Shown here: one piece after another, positions 1 to 12,100 of the stretch
Numbering within the stretch: position 1 is the stretch's first letter
Layout of the letters: every line of letters begins with the position of its first letter
DNA from: Vicugna vicugna
Lineage: Eukaryota
Assembly (NCBI GenBank): GCA_013265495.1
Contig: MU059052.1
Location: forward strand, 4,770,061 to 4,834,060
Direction of reading: 5' to 3'
Length of the DNA: 64,000 nucleotides
Made by a program: the position numbers and the translations under genes
The notes under the pieces: generated by a model
Databases searched by the model: none
The model's input: only the letters and a program-made list of their open reading frames with translations
Told to the model about the DNA's origin: nothing

Positions 1-324
1 CTATATATTTTATCAACTGCCTCCAATGCTTCATAAGACCATAATAGAAAAAAAAAATCCAAATCTTTGTAGCTCCAGTTTCTAACACAAGACTCCTCAC
101 ACAGCTGATGCTTAATACATGTCTATTAAATTAAGTTATTAAGTAATAGTGGCTCCCTTTAGAGGACCAAAAAGAAAGATGGTAACTGAACTTGGGACTC
201 AAGAGTAAAATGCTCTGAGGTACCATAATTCAAAATGTCAAGACCAAAGGAGGCAGGGCAGAGTAATGGGGCACACGGCATTGTGCTCATGGGAATACTC
301 TCTCCAAGGACACCAACATGAGGT

Positions 325-520
325 GGAGCCCTGCTCTGCTTCTTACCAGCCATGTGACAAACTGGGCAAATCGTCTCTGGGCTGATCCTGTCTGGGCCTC
401 ACAATCCTCATGCATCCAGTGGATGTTGGAAGAATTCTGGGCATTAAATGAAATCCCTACCTATGCAGTGTTCTTAGCACCATGCCTGGCATGGAATAAA
501 CCCTCAGTAAATGCTAAGAG
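325..520 (+). mobile_element. MIR-family SINE remnant
   Basis: CTTACCAGCCATGTGAC...GGGCAA...GGGCCTCA...TGCCTGGCATGGAATAAACCCTCAGTAAATGCT resembles the MIR core and tail. Confidence 0.55.
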
Positions 521-2194
521 GTGTAGTGATAAAATATTGAAAAGTGAAAGACTCCTTTTAAGAAACGTATGTCATGACTGGGGTAAGAGAAAACTTTATG
601 CCAAAAGAACCATGCTTTGTGGGACCTCGAATACATCTTATTTTACCCTGAAATTCTCATATATCGTTTTGTCGGCAGTAAAGTAACAGCCACCACCACA
701 CCCTATTCTGTGGGTCTGGAAGACCGAGAACCCACCAGGCAGGGGTTGAAAATTCCAAAGGAAAGTCACAGACAAAAGACAAATGGCTAGAAATAGGGGT
801 AGCGGTTTCTGTGGTACAAAATCTACCTTTTTCTCTCTACCAAGGGATAACAGGATTAGAAACTCCCGAGCAGGCTGGGATTTCCCATCAAGTCAAACAT
901 CATAATTGTAGTTTATTATAAAATTCTTTCTTCTCCCTGTAAGAATCTAAAAAGCCTAAGGAGAATGTACTGTTAAATTAACCTTAGCTAACAGAGACAG
1001 AAAGGCACTTACAGATAGTGGCAACTTCACCTCTCTCTCCCACTTAGGTATATTACATTTACTACATTTAAGGCTTTATATACCAAAAAGAAAAAACAAA
1101 CAGAGAAAGAGAAATCAAAGGGCGAGGAAAATACTAACCACCACAATACTTGCTGAGACATTTCATATAAAAAATAACTATATGAGGCTGGTAGTTTTTG
1201 TCATGTATCTGAAAAATACATAATTCTGTAAACATGGTAAAATCCTACCCATGTGATTAAGTTAAAAATAAATTTCAAATTAAGAAAACATGAGTTAATG
1301 TTGAACATATTAAAATAAAAAACACTCCATTACTTTTAATTCATTATGGAGACTGTAAATTTGAAGTCCATTGGGTCTGCTTTGGTGTGCTTGAGCACAC
1401 TTGAAATTAGCACTAATTATAATCAGCATTGATTACACCCCCCAAAAAATGCTCTAATTTTATAATGGACTTTTTTCCAGTGGTTCATAACACTAATCTT
1501 TTTAATAAAGCCTTTCTCCATCGATTGCACTAAGGTAAAGCAAATTTCATCAATGCATTTTAGGCAAAATAATTAGAAATTAGTAGAATTTTATATTAAT
1601 ATGATTTTAAAATAGTTCAAAAGAATTTCATATGTGAACACCACATTTCCTCAAGCTTTCATATCTATCATCCCCACTGGTTACATTTACAAGCACCCAG
1701 ACACTAGACAATCTGCCCCTGGTTGTTCTCTGAGTTGGATGAAGATACAAGATTAGAATCTGAAAATCTAGAGTTACCAGCACAGTGCATGACCCAGTTA
1801 CTCTAACAAAATGAATTAACCTCTGTTTCCTAAAGGTTTACCTCTACATTACTGAGTTGCCCTCTTACTCCCAGAAGTCAAATTTCTGGCAACATCAGGG
1901 ATTCTTTTTAGAACAAATTATATAGAGAAAAGAAAAGAAAAGTTTACCAAGTAACCAAAATAGTCACTAAAATGCTTCACTTCCCAGGAGAAGGCCTTAA
2001 ATCCTCATATGGAATTTATTTACCCTTACCTGAAAATGATTCCTAAAAGCCTTGGTTATCTGTGGTACACAATGAACAAGCTGAAAGGGTAGGATTGATG
2101 GCCAAGTTATTAAATAATAACTGTATATAACATAAAACCACGTTAGATAATCCGATCAATGACTCTAGTTAGCATGACAAATTAGATTACCATT

Positions 2195-2590
2195 TAGTAA
2201 ACTCTTTCCCTTCCAGCCTTCACAGAAGAGTTATACTTCCCTGTGGCACTGATATGAGGCTCAGTAAATGACCTACTTTGACCAATGGAATGGAAACAGA
2301 CATGATGTGAGTAGAGACTTGAAACATGCTTGCACGACTGGGCTAGCCCTCTTATCTCTGCCATTACCATGAGAAGAGCTTTCCTTGGTTTGCTGCCTCT
2401 TCAGGTTGGGCCCCAGAACCTAAGCCTAATCCACAATGAGATCCACAGTAAGAATGCATGCTCACATAAGCCTGCAACATAACCAACACCCCAGGCCAAT
2501 TAGCATCTGGGGGAATGAGAATGAATGAAAATAATTCTAAGCCACTGAGTTGTAGGATTGTCTGCTACATAGCAATAGCTACCTGATGCA
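2195..2590 (+). mobile_element. MLT1-type (ERVL-MaLR) solo LTR, old
   Basis: TGACCTACTTTGACCAATGGAATG internal motif and typical 3' end TAAGCCACTGAGTTGTAGG...ACATAGCAATAGCTACCTGATGCA. Confidence 0.7.
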
Positions 2591-3129
2591 TTCAGAAAGG
2601 GTTATGAGATGTTTAAGTTGCCTCTGCTTAAGGTCATTACATTTTTAGTAAAATTTTTTATCAGAAGCTATGAAAACATTTTAATGTTTAGCATTTGAAG
2701 AGAGTAACTTTCAACTGACTGGAAAACTCATTTTTACGAAAAGCATCCCAAAGCCACTACTTAACAGTGTGATGCATAGTTCTTATGAGTTGTGTGTCCA
2801 GAAAAGGAGAACAAGCACTTTCTTTAAATAAAGTCTGCTTAGCTTTGCTGAACAGTTATACTGGACCCTGAGTTAATATACTTCCATCTGAGGTTTTATA
2901 CTGCTGACTAGCAATAACAAACAGTCCCATGATGCTGTGGACTGAGAAAAGGTTTTCTTCTATTCCCACAAATAAGCCAATGCAGGAAATTTCAAGACCT
3001 GAATAATGAAAATGAAAGAAAATCCTTGTTTTCTTAGAAAATCCTTCTTCATGTCTGCACAGAGTGAATTAACAGATTCAGAGTTAATGCCAAATCCCAT
3101 GGACATGACTTGCTACCATTTTTATGCTA

Positions 3130-3370
3130 ACGTTTACTGAACATTTCCCATGTGTGGTGGGGCTTTGTGCTGTAATCACTTCAAGTAAATCACACAACCA
3201 CTGTAAGTGGTACATATTATTACTATCTGCATTTTAAAGAATTTAAAAAAAAAAAACAGAAATGTAAAGAGTGCGAGTAACTTGACCAAGCTATAGAGCT
3301 AGGAAGTGGTCATTTGGGGATTGGGAGCCAGTATGTCTTACTCCAGTCCAGTGCCCTTATTCATACCCTG
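3130..3370 (-). mobile_element. MIR SINE
   Basis: CATTTACTGAAC...CACAACCACTGTAAGTGG...TAACTTGACCAAG...GAGCTAGGAAGTGG reads as reverse-complement MIR. Confidence 0.7.
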
Positions 3371-3539
3371 TACTGTGAGAAAATGGTTCCAGGATCTTCA
3401 TTTTAACGTAATCTGCGATATTTTACCACAAAGCTACCTTCTAATCTTCTCTCCTCAAAAGCGGAGAAGATCTAACATGATAACATTTAAGAAATACACC
3501 ATTGTTCCCTCTCCACTCCCAAAAGCCTACTTGTAATCA

Positions 3540-5100
3540 AATAGTCAGGATGCCCACATGGTACTTGCAAACATCCCCTAGAAATCAGTGAACAAGATCA
3601 GAGATTAAAAATCTATACTTGATCAAATATTGATGAGATTTTGTCAAAAAGACACAAGGTTGTCAAAGTGGCCTGAGGTACGACAATCTGAGCAAAAAGT
3701 ATAATGACTCTAATGGATGGAAAGATATCTAATGTCTAAAAATGCATGAGTTCCTAGTAATACTTATGGGAAAAATGTAATTACTCCTTATTGGAAGTTG
3801 CAAGGACATAAAGTGATTACTCCCCAAATTTATAAATATGGAGACAGAATCAAGCACGTATCTTGTCTCTTCTGTGCAAACTGTATGTCAAGGTAATGAA
3901 ACAGGAGATAAGGAGGAACTGTTCTATAAAGAATTCCACCATATGAGATCGCTTATATGTGGAACCCCCCCAAAAAAGAACAAACACAAAACAGAAACAG
4001 ACTCACAGACACAGAATACAAACTTGTGGTTGCCAAGGGGACGGGGGTGGGAAGGGACAGACTGGGATTTCAAAATTTGTAGATACTGACAGGCATATGC
4101 AGAATAGATAAAAAGACAAAAAAAAAGAAAAAAAAAAAAAAAGAAGAAGAAGAAGAAGAATTCCAGCCAATAAATGTAGAAGAAATGACAGAATTAGTTA
4201 AAAAAAAAAATTTCTAATTCCCAACAGAAAGAATGGATCTGGGTGGTGATTATTAATGGATACTAAGCCCACCAGGTGAGAGGATGATGGGGAACTTCAT
4301 AATGGAATCTGGATGACAGCATCTCAACCTTCTGATGGATGCACCTCGAGTGGTACCAGTAAAGGAGGGACAGCCAGACATCCTGTCCTAGTTGAAGGAA
4401 GGTAAAAGTACACAGCACCACCTGGTAGGTATTTTTTCCCAAAGTAAAGAAGTAAACAAACAGGGTAGAATCTAATCACGTCTCTAGACCTAATATCCAA
4501 CTGACAGAAAATACAAGTTACAGAGAACCAGGGAAAGGGTAACACACACTATGACACAGCCATCAGCCAAACTCAAAACACAGCACATCTGAACCAACAA
4601 AAAAGCTCATTTTGCCAACAAATCAATGGCAAAATGGGGAAAAAAAACCAGAATAGCAGGGGAGGGAAGAACAGTAACAGACTAAAAGATATAAAAGACC
4701 CAATAACCACTGCAAAATGTGGCCTCTATTTAGATCCTGAATTGGGATAGAGACAGGGAATAACTATAAAAACTGGATGGACTGTTATATTAAAGCTTCA
4801 AATTAATGTTCATTGTATTAGGTATAATGATGAATAATCATTAGTGTTTAACAAATAGTCGTTCTCAGTCAGAAATGCATACTGAAGAATTGTGAGGTAC
4901 AAATGACATGGTATCTAAGATTTGCATTAAAATACTCCAGAAACAGGGGGAAAGAAAAAAAGAACATGTTGTGATGTTAGATAAGTAAGACTGGCAAAAT
5001 GTGGCTAATTCTTGAAGTTCAGAAAATACATGAAGATGCATTTTGCTACTTTTGAAAACATATGTGTTTAAATTTCCAAAATAAGATTGAAAGGGAAATC
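3540..5100 (+). mobile_element. Old L1 (L1MC-like) 3' UTR fragment, interrupted by a young insertion
   Basis: AAGAATTCCAGCCAATAAATGTAGAAGAAATGACAGAATTAG, TGCAAAATGTGG, GCATACTGAAGAATTGTGAGG...ATCTAAGATTTGC match recalled L1MC 3' UTR text. Confidence 0.7.
3939..4155 (+). mobile_element. Young camelid-type L1 3' fragment with A/GAA tail
   Basis: CCATATGAGATCGCTTATATGTGGAA...GGGACAGACTGGGATTTCAAAA; TSD AAGAATTCCA at 3929-3938 and 4156-4165. Confidence 0.85.
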
Positions 5101-5735
5101 AAGAAAAACTAATCACGCTAACAGTTTAGATATGGAGGCTGTTAATATGTTTCAGTTAGTGTTTACCTGCCTGCCTCTCTCATTTCTTTCTTCTTTTTTA
5201 AAATTATAGCTTTGGATTAAATAGCTAAGGTGGGGAGAAGTTGTGCTTTCTATAACAAGAGAATCAATGAAACAAATTTTTTTTTTAACTTCAAACAGAG
5301 AAGACCAATTCATTTCATAAATACTCATTGAGTCCCTACTCTCTCCTCACCAGTCCAAGGCTGTGGGGAAACAGGAGGGTAAAAGACACAGGTTCCTCTT
5401 GTTAAACTTGTGGTCACTAAAAATCTGGCAAATATCAGCTTCCCCATTAGGGTCAGGAATAAGGATGTGGTAACAGATGCAATTTCCCAAGTCAACTTGG
5501 GCATGTCAAGTGTCAATAAAACCCAGCTCCAAAGTGACACCTAACTGATTCGGACAGGGTTTACTCTGAATCCACGCCAGACTGCCCAAGCTCATTAAAT
5601 GTTAACTGTGAATGAATGAAGTACATGCAGGGGAATTAAATTGTACTCAAAAATGAGAATGGGAGTTTTGTCACCGTTTACATGGTCAGTAGCACCAGGG
5701 ACAGGAAAGCAAGCACTCAGGAGGATGGGAACATT

Positions 5736-5763
5736 CCACCACGACCACCACCACCACCACCAC
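5736..5763. repeat. (CCA)n trinucleotide repeat, one interruption
   Basis: CCACCACGACCACCACCACCACCACCAC read directly. Confidence 0.9.
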
Positions 5764-6084
5764 TCCCAGAGGAAAAAAAAATTCAAAAAAGACAGGATTT
5801 CAATGAGGAACACTGCATGCTAAACCCTGTGCAAGAAGGAAGAAAAGTCAGAAAAACAAAGAGGAAACTCTTAGGCTTCTCAGTTCTACATTTTGTGGTG
5901 TAGACAAGACAGCTCACCACACCAGGGCTGTGGTAGACCATTTCATTTTTACATCCCAAGAAGCCAGCTGAGATGCTGTCAGTCTCCAGTATTGACCTCT
6001 CTTCTCAACTGCAAATTTCCACTTATTCAGTTTCCTACTCCGAAGGATCGTTGCTAAACTGAGGCAGCTGAACCTGCTAGTTAA

Positions 6085-6320
6085 CATCACACATTCTGGA
6101 GCTGGACTGCCTGAGACTATCCTAGCTTTGCCACTTGGTTGCTCTGTGACCTTAGGCAAGTTCCTTAACCTCTCTGAGTCTCGGTTTCCTCATTTATAAG
6201 ATGGGAATAATACTAGTATCTACCACTTAGGGTGACTGAAGGGATTAAATAGGTAAGTGCACTTAAAGAGCTTACAACATGCCTGGCAAGTAGTGGGTGC
6301 TAAGGGTGTTTGTTATTATA
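6085..6320 (+). mobile_element. MIR SINE
   Basis: GTGACCTTAGGCAAGTTCCTTAACCTCTCTGAGTCTCGGTTTCCTCATTTATAAGATGGGAATAATA is the MIR core. Confidence 0.85.
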
Positions 6321-6324
6321 TGCT

Positions 6325-6585
6325 GGCAATGTCAAAGACACACTGGATTTTCAAGGACACACTGGATTTTCAAGACTTGATTCCAAAAAAAGAATACAGA
6401 ACACCTAAATTTTTATGTCAGTTTATATTGAAATGATAATATTTTGAACATATTGGGTTAAATAGTGTCAGAATTAATTCCACCTTTTTTACTTTTAGTA
6501 CGTTTTAAACTTTTTAGCAGAGCTACCAAAAATTTTAAAATAGTATGTGTGACTGGCATTTTATTTCTACTGGACAGGGTAGCTC
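6325..6585. mobile_element. MER33-like hAT-Charlie MITE
   Basis: TTGAAATGATAATATTTTGAACATATTGGGTTAAATA...CATTTTATTTCTACTGGACAG. Confidence 0.65.
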
Positions 6586-6907
6586 TAGAAGGTTGATCTT
6601 TGAAATGAGAGTTCTATCACCCTTCCTCCTTTTCAGAGCTGCAAATTGGGTTTACTCTAATTTAAGAATACCTGCGTATGTATGATCAATTAGGTAATCT
6701 CCACCACCATTACACATTCCACAGCCCTGAAAAGAGTAGAAGATATTCATGACTGACATTTCTCAGGTCTTTCTTCACCTAGAGGAGAAGGCTCCAGCCC
6801 TCGAACCCCCAGTTAACAATGTACATGCTCCTGAGATTTGAAATGAACGGTAGATCCATAATTGACACCCAGAATCTTTCCTGCACCTTCTGAAGGCATC
6901 ACCATTT

Positions 6908-7042
6908 GGTGGGGAGGGGTAAAGCTCAGTGATAGCTCAGCATGCATGCGATCCTGGGTTCAATCCCCAATACCTCCATTAAATAAATAAATAAATAAAC
7001 CTAATTACCTCCCCATCTCCTGACCAAAAAAAAAAAAAAAAA
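6908..7042 (+). mobile_element. Camelid tRNA-Ala-derived SINE (Vic-1-like)
   Basis: GGGGAGGGGTAAAGCTCAGTG...CCTGGGTTCAATCCCCAATACCTCC, (TAAA)n, CCTAATTACCTCCCC, A17 tail. Confidence 0.9.
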
Positions 7043-7245
7043 GGTAGTAGTATTTTTAAAAAGGAGGCACTGAAGGCATCAAGGACTGAAAAGCATCAAA
7101 CCTATAAAGTCCACTTCATAAGCTTGTTATCTATGAGTATCATCAGAGCAACCTAATCAGCCTTATCTCCGCCCACTCCCTTTTGATCACATAAGCAAGC
7201 CAAGCTGCACTCTGTCCTAGGTGGGATGCTCTCAGTGACTCACCC

Positions 7246-7282
7246 AAAAAAGAACAAAAAAAAAACAAAACAAAAAAAAAAA

Positions 7283-7315
<33 letters not shown>

Positions 7316-7326
7316 AAAAAAAAAAA
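7246..7326. repeat. 81-nt A-rich tract with no attached retroelement body
   Basis: Nearly pure A with sparse C/G interruptions, read directly. Confidence 0.95.
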
Positions 7327-7574
7327 CACTCAGCAAGCAAACAGCTAAAGGTTTCTGCGCGTGTGTTGTTAACAGAGTCAGGTCTACTTTCAGCTCTGCT
7401 CTCTAACACCCAGCATCCTCACTAAGGCTGGTTGTGTAGTAACTTTGTTTAACAAATGAAGATGCTGGGGATTGGCATGAACTATTTCTTGCTTAACACA
7501 TTGTAAATATTCACATTCTGCCTCATATTCAACCACCACAGAGTATGTGTGCTCCACTGGTCTGTCATGTGTAA

Positions 7575-7790
7575 GGAAATAAATGAACATTTACTGTGTG
7601 CTTACCAGGTACGAAGCACTATTTCAAGTTACCACATTTTATGTTTTAATCCCCTCAACAACCCTGTGAGATATTTTTATCTATACTTTTCAACAGATGA
7701 AAATGTTAAAATTCAATTACATGTCAACAAAACAGCTCCCTGGAGAAATGACTTGGGCACACTTTTGGTGTCAAGGATCAGAGGACTCTA
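7575..7790 (-). mobile_element. MIR SINE
   Basis: ACATTTACTGTGTGCTTACCAGG...CCTCAACAACCCTGTGAGAT...TCAACAGATGAAAAT. Confidence 0.7.
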
Positions 7791-9012
7791 GCCAAGGGAG
7801 GGACAGTCTCCCTCCACCTGAGCAGGAAGAATCTGGGCTCTGGCTTGTCCTTGAACCTACAGGAGGACTCTCAGTCCCATGCGTCCAGAAGTCTCTTCAA
7901 AGCAACATCTAAATGCACTCAAGTGAAAAACACTTTCTCCAAAGGCTATGGCAGTGTGAAACAGCTAAAGATGACCCAGCCTCAAAGAGACTGTGATTTG
8001 CATTAAACTTCCCTTCCTTTTCTTTTTTTAACCTGCCCAACAGGCAGCAATAGATCAGAAAACCATAATCACAATTCCAGTTTTGAAACTGCACTGTCCT
8101 CCTTCCCCAAGACAACGGAATAAAAAGCACAGACAGCAGGCTCTGGGTACCAGTAAATTACACCTCTGCACACCTCAGGATGTCAAAGGGGTGTTGCTCT
8201 TCAGCAGGCATTTGGGGGAGAAGTGGGAACAGAATACTGAAATTCCTACCAGCCTAGAAAGTCAAGGTGTCCTGAGGAATCAAACCCCAGTTTAACAACA
8301 AAGGATTTATCTTTTCTATCTTTCTCACATTGATGTTATTATAGAATATTTGAACACATGTGGAGATAATTATATCTGAAGGCAGAAAATAATGTAACCC
8401 AAACACAGTGAAGGTGTGTAGCTGAATTCTTAATAGGAAGATAGTTACACTGTTACTTGAAAGGATGTAAGTGGGTACACTGTTATCCAGGAATTGCTTA
8501 ACGGTCACCTGATCACAAATAAACATTAAGCGGTTCCTCTTGCAAGTGCTCTCTTCTCTCAATGCCCCTTCCATCTCCTACGCCCCACAAATCACTGTTC
8601 TTTATTAACAGTGTAATTAATTCTCTCTGGGCAACTAATTTTTTCAAAGTATCATTTAAGTTGGTCTGCAAACCATCATTAATATCCTGTTCTCAAAAAT
8701 AACCTACGACTTAATATGCAGATTAAATGAAAAGTCATCACATGTTTCAAAACGGGAAAAAAATTCTATGAATGTTACTGCTTTGAAGTCTAGCGATGAC
8801 TACGCCCCTGACAGATTCATGTGGGCCAACAATTCTAAGAAGCAGGAATGTTCTGTTTTAAAACATTCCTGCAGTAGAGCTGGCAGTCAGCAAAGATGTT
8901 GTTTCTTTTAAATGTGAAATGCTGTATAAGCAAAACCACCTTTCTGTAAGGAAACTCTTATTACTATAATATATCACCTCAAAGACCATTGCAAAAAACC
9001 CAGTGATTTTAA

Positions 9013-9144
9013 CTCTTTATTTATTTTTTATTTGTGACAAGGGGGATTAGGTTTATTTATTTATTTTAATGAGGTACCAGGGATAGAACCCAGGACCTTG
9101 TGCATGCTAAGCATGAGCTATATCCTGAGCTATATCCTCCCCCC
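9013..9144 (-). mobile_element. Camelid tRNA-Ala-derived SINE
   Basis: GGGGATTAGGTTTATTTATT...GGGATAGAACCCAGGACCTTGTGCATGCTAAGC...GAGCTATATCCTCCCC; TSD ACCCAGTGATTTTAA at 8998-9012 and 9145-9159. Confidence 0.92.
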
Positions 9145-12100
9145 ACCCAGTGATTTTAATCTTAATTTTTTAAAGAACAGAATGTCCTATACCCATCTAA
9201 TATGAAGTTAGCTTTATAAAACTTGCCTTTAAATTTTTTTCTATTGAAAGTTTAGATTAAAAAGTTGATCCATCAGGATTTTTGGTACGTATAAAAAAAT
9301 TAATAGCTCTCTGAAATATAGGAAAAATAAAAGAAAAAAAACTGTCTAAATGGTCATTTTTGAAATTTAAAAACTGTAAATTTAGTTTCTGTCTTAGAAA
9401 AGGATATTGAGCCTAGACATTATAAGACCATCTGACTTTCCCAAAGCAGGCAGAAAACATATGGAAATATCAACAACTGATTAGAAAATATTTATGTTAA
9501 AATACACAACGACAGGATCTTTCAAAAGCACATTCATATCAACTCTCAAAAAGTATTATAATTTACTTAATCCCACTAAAATAATACACTTCTTTCTTTA
9601 AAAACATTGGTCTGTCAGAGGTTAAATTAACACCCACCACAAGGGAAAAATGAAGTAATATCAGGTCAGGGTTCAGGGATGAGACATAGTGAATTTTCTC
9701 TTGTGACACAGTGACAAGCTATACAGATGAAATGGGACTATGAGAAACAGAGCTGCATTTCAGCAAGACCCAGTCCCTCCAAATGATAGCCTTATGAAAT
9801 AGAAATCATTTTAAATCAAAATTTCTTCCAAAGATTTTGAGTTTACACCAGGGGAATCTCCAGGCTCTATCAGTATTGCAACTTAGAAAATAACCCTTGG
9901 TAAATTACACCAGCTTAGTTGTAATTATCTTGAAAGACAGAAACATGACAACTGCTTATTAAAATAAAGTGTATAGGCAGGGATAAAAAATACATCGTAG
10001 TTAATAGAAAATAACAGAGTCAGCAACAAAAAAAAGATCTGAAATTAAAAACTGACCAACCCTTAAGAGTATATTTCAATGGTTAAAATAGGGGCTTTAT
10101 TGTTAACTTTGGCACAGCAAAAAAATAATCTGCAATACTGAAAAAAAAAATCCTATTTTTCTAGCCATTAATCAGCCTTTCAAAAGTAGAAAGCTGAATT
10201 TAGGCTTCTTTATTTTATATAGCACATAGACAAGCTGGAGTCAAAGAAAGACAATACGAGTTGAGAGGGAAATGTTGAATTATGGAGGAATGTATAAAGA
10301 CTTTCAGTTGCTAAAGGAAAATAAAAGGCTTAAGAAGAAAGAAATGGGGGAGGGGGAGGGATTTCAATTACCATAAGAAATATTTAGATTTACTTGAAAA
10401 TCAAAGGAGAAATGGTGAACAGGACACAAAAAGGAGTTAAACTTCAAAATTTTAATCTCTTAAGAGACAGAATGTGTAACTAAGCGGCCCATTACACTTC
10501 TTGAAGTTATTTAGCTCCATGAATCCTATAGATAGAGAATTCAGTTAACATTTCACTCTTCTTTCTCCTATTGTGACAGTGATAATTCCATCAAAAAATG
10601 GCTTCATTCTTTCCCAAACATGCATGCTACTTTGAAATATTTTTATAAAGTTCACTGCTGTAGAGACAGACAAGAATAAAAGTAAGAAATTTTAAGAAAC
10701 CATATAACATTTTGCCAAATTCCCTTAAGACTAAATAAGCAAGTCCCATGAGTTTAGGTGTGTCTGGAACTGAAAAAGCATGAATATAATTAAGTCTTTC
10801 TGAAGCAAGTTTTACAATTACAATGTGGCTCTAGAAGTTGAGATCAGGTCTCACTCATCCCGCTGTCACAACACAAAGCATTACACACAGTTGGTGCTCA
10901 ATAAATGCTTATTTGGCCAAAACGAATTCTAATGCCTTTGAATTCCACGCAGAAGCCAAAGCAACGTTAAATGTCAGTGAAGTCCTACAGAATGAGTGAG
11001 ATTTGGTGCAGGCCAAACCCAAAGACCAAAATAAAGCTGATTGCTAAAGATCCCGGTGAGAAGATGAGGAAAGGCACATGCCAAGCCAGCATGGAGATGG
11101 GGAACTGGACATCCCAGCAATGGACCATAGGGCACACCATTGGGAAATGCAGGAACATAAAGTCAACTGGTGTTGTAACAGAAGTGTAAATAGTCTGTGT
11201 AAGAGAGGCATAGCGGCAGGGGTCCAGGGGTTCAGGGGCAAGATTCAGTCACTGGACGAGTCTGTCTATGGAAAGCAGGGCACCAACACAGAACAAATGG
11301 AATGCCTATCAGGTGGAACACACCAAGGCAGGGCACTGGAATGGAACACAGGACCTCATAACCACAACTAGAGCCAACACTCATCCAAAGGGGGATAGGG
11401 AAGAAGCTTAGTCAACAGAACCCAAGTAACTAATCAGAAAAATACAGATGGTGAAAGAGAATCAGTACTAAGTCATCAAGCCATCCAAATGAGGATTCTT
11501 AAAGATTTTTTGGCTAGGAAAAGGATCAATTTCAGATCTCAGGAAAGTTCTGAACATACTGAAAGGTTTAAAAAGCTCTAGGTAAAGGGATGAGGATTCA
11601 GGTGGTTCCATCAGCCTTTTGTAGACTAGACACGTTCTAAACTTCTGCTATTCTGATCAGTATTATTTATGGTGATCACACAGGTGAACATATGAATAGA
11701 ACTCTCAAAAAGTTCTGAGATTATAAATTGAAAGCCAGTGGATACCACCTAAGCTGAAAACAGCTTATTAATGGCTTTATCATCATTAAGCCAAGATGCA
11801 GGAGGAGATGTTAAATGTCAGAATGCCAGACTAACTCCCCATTCTAACAGCATTTTGGACAGCAGAAGTTTGCCCATAGGAAGCTGAACATTTGGGGCGG
11901 AACTCAAGATTCCACTGTGTATTTCAGCATGGAAATTCTGTTATATAACCAGCACTTTATTACATACAATTAGTATGCTCTTTTGCAAAATGCTTTCCTT
12001 CTCTTCCATCTGTGTCTCAAATGTTTCCATCCAGCAAAATTATTAGGAACTGCTTAAATATGAGCAAATGCCAAAATTAAAAGTGCTAAAAAAAATACAA

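Noticed and set aside
1385-1400. GTGTGCT-TG-AGCACAC palindrome (also 15545-15572 14-bp tandem)
   Set aside because: Short enough to occur several times by chance in 64 kb.
5595-5903. ORFs with poly-His, poly-Pro or poly-Trp
   Set aside because: All three are frames of one (CCA)n microsatellite.
6890-7081. CTGAAGGCATCA repeat around the 6908 SINE as a TSD
   Set aside because: The copies do not abut the element ends, so they cannot be assigned as its TSD.
7143-7409. Poly-Phe ORF
   Set aside because: Translation of the A tract on the minus strand.
7390-7590. Protein-like 66-aa minus ORF (PVEHTYSVVVEYEAECEYLQ...)
   Set aside because: Not recognised; weak acceptor and start lies in a MIR.
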